Of a stretch of DNA of 64,000 bases, positions 27,723-35,283 are shown piece after piece. Numbering within the stretch: the first letter of the stretch is position 1; the number at the start of each line of letters is the position of its first letter. Below the pieces are notes generated by a model that did not search any database, was not told the origin of the DNA, and was given only the letters and a program-made list of their open reading frames with translations. A program made the position numbers and the translations under genes. This DNA is from a virus, in IMG/VR virus record IMGVR_UViG_3300036770_005816, positions 69,215 to 133,214 of that record; one strand, given 5' to 3'.

Positions 27723-27992
27723 ATGGGCAGAAACTTCACCGAAGGAATGGCGGAAGCGGAACGCGACGGTCTCATTGACCTGAACACCGCGATACGACAT
27801 CACCTTCAACACAACTTCTATCCACCCGTACACACGGCGTTCGTTGACACGGCGTTGGAAGCGATTACCAACGCGAACAACGGCGACTACGACACCGAGG
27901 TCACTATGGCAAACGGTCTCGTTCGCACGACAGCGTTCGTCATTGACGGGTTGCGACTTGAAGCATTCATCTACGAAACGGAGGCAAACTAA
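27723..27992 (+). CDS. hypothetical protein
   Basis: GGAGGT RBS after cassette promoter. Confidence 0.7.
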   Translation: MGRNFTEGMAEAERDGLIDLNTAIRHHLQHNFYPPVHTAFVDTALEAITNANNGDYDTEVTMANGLVRTTAFVIDGLRLEAFIYETEAN

Positions 27993-28327
27993 TGAAGGAA
28001 GCACATGAAGGCAAGCGTGGTCACAAGTTGCTCACGCAAGAAATCCGCAAGCGTCTCCCCGCTCTCTACACAACGGAAGAAATCCCGTTGGAAGAGAAGG
28101 TCGCGCAAGTCAAGTTCTTCTCACCGTACAACGGTTGGCGTTGGTACGCGGTTGAGTTTGACGGTGAGGACATCTTTTGGGGTTATGTCGAGGGTTGGGA
28201 GAACGAGTGGGGTACTTTCTCGCTCTCGGAACTCTCAGAAACGACCGTGTTCGGCGGAGTCCCCGCGATTGAGCGCGATTGTTTCTTCACCCCGAAGAAG
28301 GTCGGAGAAATACTGACCGTCGCGTAA
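27992..28327 (+). CDS. DUF2958-like protein
   Basis: LPALY...VKFFSP...WRWYAVE...FWGYV...EWGTFSLSEL...IERD. Confidence 0.8.
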   Translation: MKEAHEGKRGHKLLTQEIRKRLPALYTTEEIPLEEKVAQVKFFSPYNGWRWYAVEFDGEDIFWGYVEGWENEWGTFSLSELSETTVFGGVPAIERDCFFTPKKVGEILTVA

Positions 28328-28420
28328 CTGTGTTGCACCCCCACCGTAAGGTGGGGGACATCACACGGGCGAAGGTTCGTGCGTAATAGAAGTATCAACA
28401 ACACACGGAGGTAATAAAGA

Positions 28421-28591
28421 ATGAGAACGAAAACTGTCGGGTTCAGAGTCATTGACCAAGAAACGGGCGATGTCCTCGTGACACTCCCCTTGACTTTCCC
28501 CATTGGGGAGAGCATCAAGAACTACGAGAACGCGGGTTACACCGTGTCTTGGGAATGGGCGCACGAACCTGATTGTTCGGTCGGGGGTTGA
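28421..28591 (+). CDS. small hypothetical protein
   Basis: read manually; cassette promoter 28361 and GGAGGT RBS. Confidence 0.6.
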   Translation: MRTKTVGFRVIDQETGDVLVTLPLTFPIGESIKNYENAGYTVSWEWAHEPDCSVGG

Positions 28592-28666
28592 CAAATCCCC
28601 GAATACCGAATACGCTAGGTAATAGAAATACACAACACACAAACAACACACGGAGGTAATAAAGAA

Positions 28667-29254
28667 ATGCCAAATCATTGTTCAAACTGGTTGGATGTCT
28701 TGGGTGACCGCGACAGTATCGCGGAGTTCAAGAAACTCGTAACCACACCAAACGAAAACGACCGCAGACCGTTGGAAGAGGCGAGCGAAATCATCAGCAT
28801 CTACCAACGCGCGTACCCCTGTCCTAAGGAGTTGTACGAAAGCGACAAGTGGTATGAGTGGTGCAGTTCCTCTTGGGGAACCAAGTGGGGCGACTACGAA
28901 ACCTCACTGAACGGCGAGTCCGACACCCATTTGGAGTTCGCGTTCACGACCGCATGGGGACCGGGAGTTGAGGGGATACTCAACATCTCACGAAAGTTCC
29001 CGAACCTTGTGTTCATCACGGCGTACGAGGAAGGCGGAATGTGTTTCGTCGGAGCGTTCGGCGTTCAGAACGGCGACATTCTCGCGGATGTAGAAGGCTC
29101 GTACCCCGAACTCAGCGACTCGGAAGTAGAAAGCGACGGATACGACTACGACGACCACTTTGAGAAAGTCGTTGAGGAAGTTGACCGTTGCAAACGCATG
29201 GTCGTAGAGGGTTTGTCCGACGAAACAAGGTCTCTGTTCAGCGTAACAAACTGA
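28667..29254 (+). CDS. DUF1281/YubB ferredoxin-like family protein
   Basis: MPNHCSN...WYEWC...WGTKW...FTTAWGP...YEEGG..FVG. Confidence 0.8.
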   Translation: MPNHCSNWLDVLGDRDSIAEFKKLVTTPNENDRRPLEEASEIISIYQRAYPCPKELYESDKWYEWCSSSWGTKWGDYETSLNGESDTHLEFAFTTAWGPGVEGILNISRKFPNLVFITAYEEGGMCFVGAFGVQNGDILADVEGSYPELSDSEVESDGYDYDDHFEKVVEEVDRCKRMVVEGLSDETRSLFSVTN

Positions 29255-29377
29255 ACGAGTGCAATACCCCGTGTGAACCCCTCACTCGGAAACGGGTGAG
29301 GGGGCACGGAGAACATCACACTTACGAAAGTTCGTGCGTAATAAACACAACAACACACAAAACGGAGGTAATACGAA

Positions 29378-29908
29378 ATGCACACGGGAATAGTTCTAGC
29401 GATAGAAGCAGACGACAACGAAGAGGCAGTCCAAAAGATTGAGTTCTTCAACGAACACAACGCAAGTTGGTCGGATTGGAACGAGCACGGCGGTCGTTGG
29501 GAAGAGGATTTACCCAACGCGGTGTTGCGATACACCGACAACCCGACCCTGTTCATGGAGAAGGTGCGCGAGTTCCAAAAGTTCACGAACGACACCAAAG
29601 AGCGTTACCTCAGCGAACTCGGAGATGTAACTATCAAGGAACTCGTAACGAGTGAGGAGTATCTCCCGTTCCACAAGAAGAAGGGGAAACTCAACGAGAT
29701 GACCCAAAGCGAGCGCGATGCGTACCTCGACAAATCTCTCGCATTGTTCAGAGCGAAGAAACTTCTCCAACTTCAAGACGGGGAGTTTGATTGCGACCAA
29801 CACTTCTACGACGCGGAGTCGCACAGCGTGAGCGACGAGTATCTGTTGAAGCGGATTGAGGAAAGACCGAACAGGCAGTTCCTCGTGGTGTGGGACTACC
29901 ACTACTGA
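29378..29908 (+). CDS. hypothetical protein
   Basis: WSDW..HGGRW...FLVVWDYHY; cassette upstream. Confidence 0.7.
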   Translation: MHTGIVLAIEADDNEEAVQKIEFFNEHNASWSDWNEHGGRWEEDLPNAVLRYTDNPTLFMEKVREFQKFTNDTKERYLSELGDVTIKELVTSEEYLPFHKKKGKLNEMTQSERDAYLDKSLALFRAKKLLQLQDGEFDCDQHFYDAESHSVSDEYLLKRIEERPNRQFLVVWDYHY

Positions 29909-30010
29909 TGCGTTCGGGGGTGGGGTTGACAAAACGATGTCACACCCGTACAATGAATGTGCGTAATACGAATACAACACAACTACTAAACACACGGAGG
30001 TAATAAAGAA

Positions 30011-30292
30011 ATGGAAGCAGAAACAAGACACGAAATCCTCAACTTCACCTACAACGACAGTGGCATCACCGTCTCGCAGTTGGATGAGGACTACTTCGCA
30101 AAGTATGAGGTTCGTTGGACGGACTTCATTGCGAACGAATGGGTGGAGACATACCACGAACTTTCGGAAGCACTCGCACGAGTCTCAGCACTCGTGAAGT
30201 GCGGTGAAGGGGATTGGCAGAGAGGTTTCCTGCAACAGCAAAACGATTTCGTCGCTCAGGCGCACGACTTCTTCGGAAAGGTGGTCAAGTGA
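30011..30292 (+). CDS. hypothetical protein
   Basis: cassette upstream (29940). Confidence 0.7.
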   Translation: MEAETRHEILNFTYNDSGITVSQLDEDYFAKYEVRWTDFIANEWVETYHELSEALARVSALVKCGEGDWQRGFLQQQNDFVAQAHDFFGKVVK

Positions 30293-30741
30293 GTAACTAT
30301 CTCATCATTCACAAAGACGGAAGCGTCATCCCGTTGGACGGCGCATACCTCGTTGACACCGACAAACTTGACGAGACAGGCAAGGCGTTGCTCGCGGAGT
30401 GGGACGAGACGGGTTCGGATGAAACCGCACGCGACCTCACCACGCAAGGCAACGACCTCGCACGCATCCTCGGAAGGGTTGGCTACGGCTCGCTCGGCTA
30501 CAACAACTGCATCGCATTTGATGTAGTTGGGCTACGCGAGGAAATCAAAGCGAAGATTGACTCAGGAGTGTGGGACGACGACCCTGCGGTGCAACGCGCA
30601 TCACGGTTCACCGACGAAGAGTTGGAGTTGTTCGGCTCATACATTCTTGACAGCGACTACCTGTGGAATGTCTACAACGAAGAAATCAACAGCAACCTAC
30701 GACCATTCATCAAAGAAGTTCTCAAGGAGGAACTCAAGTGA
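30289..30741 (+). CDS. hypothetical protein
   Basis: GTGA overlap. Confidence 0.6.
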   Translation: MSNYLIIHKDGSVIPLDGAYLVDTDKLDETGKALLAEWDETGSDETARDLTTQGNDLARILGRVGYGSLGYNNCIAFDVVGLREEIKAKIDSGVWDDDPAVQRASRFTDEELELFGSYILDSDYLWNVYNEEINSNLRPFIKEVLKEELK

Positions 30742-30992
30742 CAACGAAGAAAACCAAGAAACCAACAAAAAAGAAGCGCAAGACACCCGCGTATCGGGTT
30801 GTCAAGAAACGCGCACCCGTTGAACCGCGCGGTCGCATCACGAAGCAGAAAGTCTCGGAGTACGAGATGATTGTAAAGATGCTCGAGATGTTCGGTCACG
30901 ACGAGGATAACGACGGTCAAATCGTCATCTACACGAACCACCAATACGACAAGCGTGGCAGGGTCGTTCCGTTCAAGGGAGACAACCGATGA
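30738..30992 (+). CDS. basic hypothetical protein
   Basis: GGAGG RBS, GTGA overlap. Confidence 0.6.
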   Translation: MTTKKTKKPTKKKRKTPAYRVVKKRAPVEPRGRITKQKVSEYEMIVKMLEMFGHDEDNDGQIVIYTNHQYDKRGRVVPFKGDNR

Positions 30993-31231
30993 CGGTGGAG
31001 GAAACAGTGCAACCGTTTGAGTGGGAAGTGTCGTGGGCGAACCTGTACGACGGCGAAAACCTGAAAGATGTATTAGGTCAGGCGGTCGCAGAGTTGCAGG
31101 ACGCGGTGAACAAGAACTACGGTGCGACAATACTCGTAATCCGTAACCGCAACACGGGCGAGAAGTTCGTGTACGACATCGCAGAAGAGGAAATAATCAA
31201 GCACGAGGTCACGGAACAACCCATTGACTAA
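30989..31231 (+). CDS. hypothetical protein
   Basis: ATGA overlap; begins within a 16-mer variant. Confidence 0.6.
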   Translation: MTVEETVQPFEWEVSWANLYDGENLKDVLGQAVAELQDAVNKNYGATILVIRNRNTGEKFVYDIAEEEIIKHEVTEQPID

Positions 31232-31302
31232 GTACGACAAACTAAATAAGATGTACAGGAGCAGATAATGAAAAACAATGACGGTGGAGGAAAGCGGTAA
31301 AC

Positions 31303-31629
31303 ATGAACTTCGGAGACAGCGATTTCAAGTTCGTCAACGACGACCCCGATGTGCTGATGCGAATCAAATCTGACGACGGGTCAGAGGAAGTCGTCTTTTT
31401 GACGACCGACGGAGACGCATTGGACGGAAAACTTTTCAATGTTCAGCAAGGCGCGAAAGGACAATGGTTCGTCGTCATCAACCAAAAGATGTTGGACGAC
31501 AGGATTGAGAAGTCCATTGAGGCGAACGCTGACGACTACGGGAAGAAGCACGCAATGTTCCTCCCCATTTCGTTCATCATCCAAGAGGCGTTGGCTGAAG
31601 TGATGCGACGAGAAGAGGACACACAATGA
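31303..31629 (+). CDS. hypothetical protein
   Basis: GACGGTGGAGGAAAGC immediately upstream. Confidence 0.65.
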   Translation: MNFGDSDFKFVNDDPDVLMRIKSDDGSEEVVFLTTDGDALDGKLFNVQQGAKGQWFVVINQKMLDDRIEKSIEANADDYGKKHAMFLPISFIIQEALAEVMRREEDTQ

Positions 31630-31937
31630 AAACGAAAAACCCTTTAGATTACATCTGTCCGCGTTGCACAGGTCTCATCCCATCTGCTGAGCAGTGGGGC
31701 GAATACATCGGTGCGTTGTCTCGACACACCCGCAACGGTGAGGAACCGTTGGAGATTTGCTCCGACTGCGGAACCGAGGAAGCAGTGGAACAACATTTCG
31801 GTGAACTCACACCACGCGAGAAGTATCCCGTCGTACACGACGGTGCAATCGCTCGAGTGTTCAAACGCATCACGGTCGTCGAGCGTCACAACGACGGTTC
31901 GGGAGAGTCCGGCATCTGGTTGGACAAAGGTTCATGA
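31626..31937 (+). CDS. zinc-finger protein
   Basis: CPRC...ALSR...ICSDCG. Confidence 0.65.
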   Translation: MKTKNPLDYICPRCTGLIPSAEQWGEYIGALSRHTRNGEEPLEICSDCGTEEAVEQHFGELTPREKYPVVHDGAIARVFKRITVVERHNDGSGESGIWLDKGS

Positions 31938-31970
31938 AAACCGTTGACGGTGGCGGAAAGCAGGTAGACG

Positions 31971-32177
31971 ATGCCCATCCATAGAGAGTTCACTGCGTCA
32001 TGCGACAAATGCGGAAAAAAGTTTGAAGGTTCTTCTGATTCGTCTAAAGACCTGAAAGAAAAAATGCGGAAAGCGGGATGGCGGACAGGCAACGTGTACT
32101 TCTGCGACGAATGTGAAAGCATCTGCGTTCACTGCGGAAGCAAGAAGGCTCCGCATGTGATGAAGAGCGACACCTAA
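31971..32177 (+). CDS. small zinc-ribbon protein
   Basis: CDKC...GW...FCDEC...CVHC. Confidence 0.6.
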   Translation: MPIHREFTASCDKCGKKFEGSSDSSKDLKEKMRKAGWRTGNVYFCDECESICVHCGSKKAPHVMKSDT

Positions 32178-32203
32178 AAACAAGTGACGGTGGCGGAAAG
32201 CAG

Positions 32204-32386
32204 ATGAACGGCAAACGATTGGACGGACTACGAAGAGGTCAACCCAAAGAACGCGTCATTCGTAGCGTCGCATGGACGAAAGAACAATGGGAACAGGTAG
32301 AGGACATGGCGATGCTGAGCGGAATGCAACCATGCGAATACATACGGAGCGCAGTGCTCGCGTCAGGTGTCATCAAACGACACTAA
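32204..32386 (+). CDS. ribbon-helix-helix-like protein
   Basis: IRSVAWTKEQWEQVEDMA...EYIRSAVL. Confidence 0.6.
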   Translation: MNGKRLDGLRRGQPKERVIRSVAWTKEQWEQVEDMAMLSGMQPCEYIRSAVLASGVIKRH

Positions 32387-32392
32387 ACATGT

Positions 32393-33182
32393 GACGGTGG
32401 CGGAAAGCCAGCGAAGAAGTCCCGCTACATGAGTTGAGAGCCGCACGACCCTAAGGAGGCGCGCACAACGAACCCGAGAGTGGTTACTCGGTTGTTGCAC
32501 GCTGGAGATATCGTGCGGCTCCCACACAAATAGTAGAGGAGCGGAGGTGGCGAGGTCAACACACAAACACCCCGCCACCTCCGAGGACTTTCCGTTTTCA
32601 GGGGTGGAGGACGAAAATGGAAAGTCAAAAGAAGATTAGTAAACAATAAGTCCCGTCACTGCAACAGCAGTAAGTCCCGCTTCGCGTGTTCGTCATCGCA
32701 TCACCAAGAGTCCCGCCCCACCTCGTCACCACACCAACCACAACCGGTAGATGGTGAGGAGGTGCGAACACCATTAGTTGGGGAGTGCACGAACGGGACT
32801 GTCGTGCTGCTAGAGTGTCTGCTCAGTCACAAGACCCCAATGAATACAGCAGTAATCGGGTGACGGTGGCGGAAAGCACGGATGTCCGAAAGCGAAGAGA
32901 TGGATTCGGTTTACCCGGAAACGGGAAACCCTGATTGTGCTGCTCTCGAACCGGTTGGCGAGAATCGAAAGGTTCCCCCACACCCCCTCCAAAGAGGTCC
33001 GGGTGGTTTATTCGTGGATTCCACGAAAAACCATCTTTCTGTGATGTGACGTCAACGTGTGAAAAAACGTCCAGGTCGGACGTTTCTTTCAAGATGCTTG
33101 ACGTCGTTTGTTACGTCTGCTAACTTTTGTTTGGTGATTGCCGATAAAAACCCGCTGTTCCCAAGTGACGGTGGAGGAAAGC
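32393..33182 (+). other. repeat-dense non-coding region, candidate replication origin
   Basis: three 16-mers (32393, 32862, 33167), four AGTCCCG (32418, 32649, 32673, 32709), ACGGGACT 32793; upstream of a replication-type gene. Confidence 0.45.
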
Positions 33183-33184
33183 AA

Positions 33185-33547
33185 GTGAACCGCACCCGTA
33201 TACAGACCCGTCAGCAGACCGCTAAAGCGCGCAAAATATCTGATGACGCCATCCACGAAATCTTCACTTATTGGCGGGAGAAGGTATCTCCCCGTTCCCG
33301 TGCCGTACTCGACGACGCGCGCAAAATCAAAATAGGTTGGGCTATCCACGACTACGGTATCGAAGCCTGTAAGCAGGCGATAGATGGCTGTCTCAAATCA
33401 GGATGGCATATGGGTAACAATCCGTCCCACAAAAAATATAATGATGTGGAACTCATTTTTCGTCACGCTGCGAATGTGGAACGATTCATCGGTATGGCTG
33501 ATGAACGGGATGCGAAACAGGAGTTCATCAACAACCCTGAGTGGTAA
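33185..33547 (+). CDS. phage replication-organiser-like protein
   Basis: IFTYW...R..KI..AI..YG....KQAIDG...S.WHMG.N...KYND.ELIFR...N.ERF resembles phage replisome-organiser C-terminal domains; start uncertain. Confidence 0.5.
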   Translation: MNRTRIQTRQQTAKARKISDDAIHEIFTYWREKVSPRSRAVLDDARKIKIGWAIHDYGIEACKQAIDGCLKSGWHMGNNPSHKKYNDVELIFRHAANVERFIGMADERDAKQEFINNPEW

Positions 33548-33556
33548 GGTTCGGTT

Positions 33557-33724
33557 ATGAAGAAACGGACAGGGAGACCTCCGAAGGCTCCAACCACCAA
33601 AACCACCACCCTCACTCTCCGCATCCCCTCAACCACTAAGCGTCAACTGATGACCCAAGCAGACGCATACGACATGACCATCACCGAATACCTCACCACC
33701 CTCATCCAACGCGATGCCACATAA
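33557..33724 (+). CDS. ribbon-helix-helix protein (55 aa)
   Basis: read manually: GRPPK...TLTLRIPSTTKRQL..QA....MTITEYL. Confidence 0.65.
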   Translation: MKKRTGRPPKAPTTKTTTLTLRIPSTTKRQLMTQADAYDMTITEYLTTLIQRDAT

Positions 33725-34049
33725 ACCCCAACCCGCCCCACACCCCAACACAAAAACCCACATAACCATCCCCATCCCCGGCTGGCTCAAAAACGAACTC
33801 ATCACCAGTGCACAAACACACAACCAATCCCTACAAAAACACATAAACCATTTACTCACCAACGCACTCCGCCACACCCAAAACAAACCACCCCTACAAA
33901 ACACACCCCCCAACCCAATCCAACCCATCATCAACTACCTCACAGGAACCCGCACCCTCCAACCCTGCGGACAACCCACCTGCAACAAACAACCAATCAC
34001 CCTCAACAACACCACCTACTGCAACACCTGCGGAATCCAAACAAACTAA
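33714..34049 (+). CDS. RHH-like protein with C-terminal zinc finger
   Basis: ITIPIPGWLKNEL...SLQKHI; PCG..C...YC..CG; extremely G-poor coding strand. Confidence 0.55.
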   Translation: MPHKPQPAPHPNTKTHITIPIPGWLKNELITSAQTHNQSLQKHINHLLTNALRHTQNKPPLQNTPPNPIQPIINYLTGTRTLQPCGQPTCNKQPITLNNTTYCNTCGIQTN

Positions 34050-34054
34050 AACAG

Positions 34055-34127
34055 TGCCCCTGGGTGGAATCGAACCACCGACCAACACCTTATAAGAGTG
34101 CCACTCTCACCACTGAGTTACAGGAGC
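34055..34127 (-). tRNA. tRNA-Ile (anticodon UAU)
   Basis: cloverleaf GCTCCTG/CAGGGGC, D-arm ACTC/GAGT, anticodon loop CT-TAT-AA, T-arm GGTGG-TTCGATT-CCACC; no encoded CCA. Confidence 0.85.
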
Positions 34128-34228
34128 AAACACAAAACACACAAAAAACCAAACAACCCCACACACAGTGGGTTCCCTGTCTTGTTTTCGGGTTTTGGGG
34201 TTTTGGGTGTTGTTGTTATCGGTGTGGG

Positions 34229-34537
34229 TTATTGGTTGTCCCACATTTGTGAGATTGATGGTCGTATGGGTTTGATGCCTCGTCGTTTTTGTTCGGCTGC
34301 GAGTTGTCGGCTGGTCATGCCTGCCCATACGCCGTGCATGTCGACGGGGTGGTATTCGAGGGCGTAGTTGAGGCATTCTGTTTGGACGGTGCATTGTTGG
34401 CAGATTTGGCGGGCGTTGAGGATGTAGGTGATGTCTTTGTGGCGTTTGGGGAACATTTCGTTTGTGCGTCCGCGGCAGTTGGCTTTTGTTTGCCATCTTT
34501 GTATATCGTTGCCGGGGTTGTGGTTTTGGTGGTTCAT
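34229..34537 (-). CDS. whiB: WhiB family transcription factor
   Basis: W...ANC...MFP...ICQQCTV...CLNYAL...GVWAG: four Cys plus G[V/I]W[G/A]G turn. Confidence 0.9.
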   Translation of the reverse strand: MNHQNHNPGNDIQRWQTKANCRGRTNEMFPKRHKDITYILNARQICQQCTVQTECLNYALEYHPVDMHGVWAGMTSRQLAAEQKRRGIKPIRPSISQMWDNQ

Positions 34538-35148
34538 TTGGTTTTGGGTTTTGTTTGTTGTTGGTGGGTGTGGTATGGGTGTCCTGTGTTGGGGTCGTAT
34601 TTGGCTGCGGTGGCTATGGCTTTGAGGGCGTTTTTGCGTGCTTGTGTTGGGTTGCGGGGTGTGGGGAGGACGGTGAGTGCTCCGAGGGCGTATGGTGCTC
34701 CTGTGCCGATGGCGTAGGTGTTGTTGTGGTCGGTGAACCATGCGTAGTCGCCGTCTATTTGGTAGATGGTTTGGTTGATTGCTAGGAGGAGTTCGGAGTC
34801 GTGTCCTGCTCGGGTGGGTTGGTCGGGGGTTTGGGTGTGGGTGTAGCCGTGTGTTTCGAAGAGTTGGCGGAGGGTGGGGATGATTTTGTTGGTGATGTGT
34901 TCGTCGAGTTTTTTGCCTTTGAGGTTGGGTGGGCAGGTGGGGGGTTGCCATGTGTGGGTGAGGAGGTTGATGGCTCTTAGGTCTCCTGCTGTGCCGATGA
35001 GGTATTTGCCGTTGACGGCTATTTTGGAGACGTCTTGTCTGAGGGTGTTGATTTGGGTGGGTGTGCCGTCTTCTGTGGTTGAGGAGATTCTTGTGTCTGC
35101 TACTAGTAGGCAGTAGTCGTGTCCCTGTATACCGATAACTGTGGTCAT
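34534..35148 (-). CDS. proteasome beta-subunit/HslV-like Ntn hydrolase
   Basis: MTTVIGI (N-terminal Thr), ADTR, SKI, GTAGD, AIGTGAPYALGAL, D..TG. Confidence 0.8.
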   Translation of the reverse strand: MTTVIGIQGHDYCLLVADTRISSTTEDGTPTQINTLRQDVSKIAVNGKYLIGTAGDLRAINLLTHTWQPPTCPPNLKGKKLDEHITNKIIPTLRQLFETHGYTHTQTPDQPTRAGHDSELLLAINQTIYQIDGDYAWFTDHNNTYAIGTGAPYALGALTVLPTPRNPTQARKNALKAIATAAKYDPNTGHPYHTHQQQTKPKTK

Positions 35149-35283
35149 GGCTATGCGGGCTTTGTAATCGTGGATGGAACAGCGCGGCGTTTGCTCATGG
35201 CAGGTCTCATTCGTCGTCGTCTTCGGGTTCGCAGACGGGGTTGTGTCCCCATGGGTGGTTGTATCGGCATGGGCAGGTGAGTG

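Noticed and set aside
15002-30292. Integron cassette array with attC sites
   Set aside because: Genes carry their own promoter motifs and occur on both strands; I saw no RYYYAAC...GTTRRRY-bounded attC structures and no integron integrase.
12792-33182. Dispersed 16-mer read as CRISPR repeats or IS ends
   Set aside because: Spacing is hundreds to thousands of bp, there is no inverted terminal pairing or target duplication, and no transposase is present.
34538-34951. Long N-terminal extension of WhiB in the ORF track
   Set aside because: It overlaps the proteasome-like gene in another frame; stop-codon scarcity in the skewed sequence explains it, and the ATG at 34537 couples to the upstream stop.
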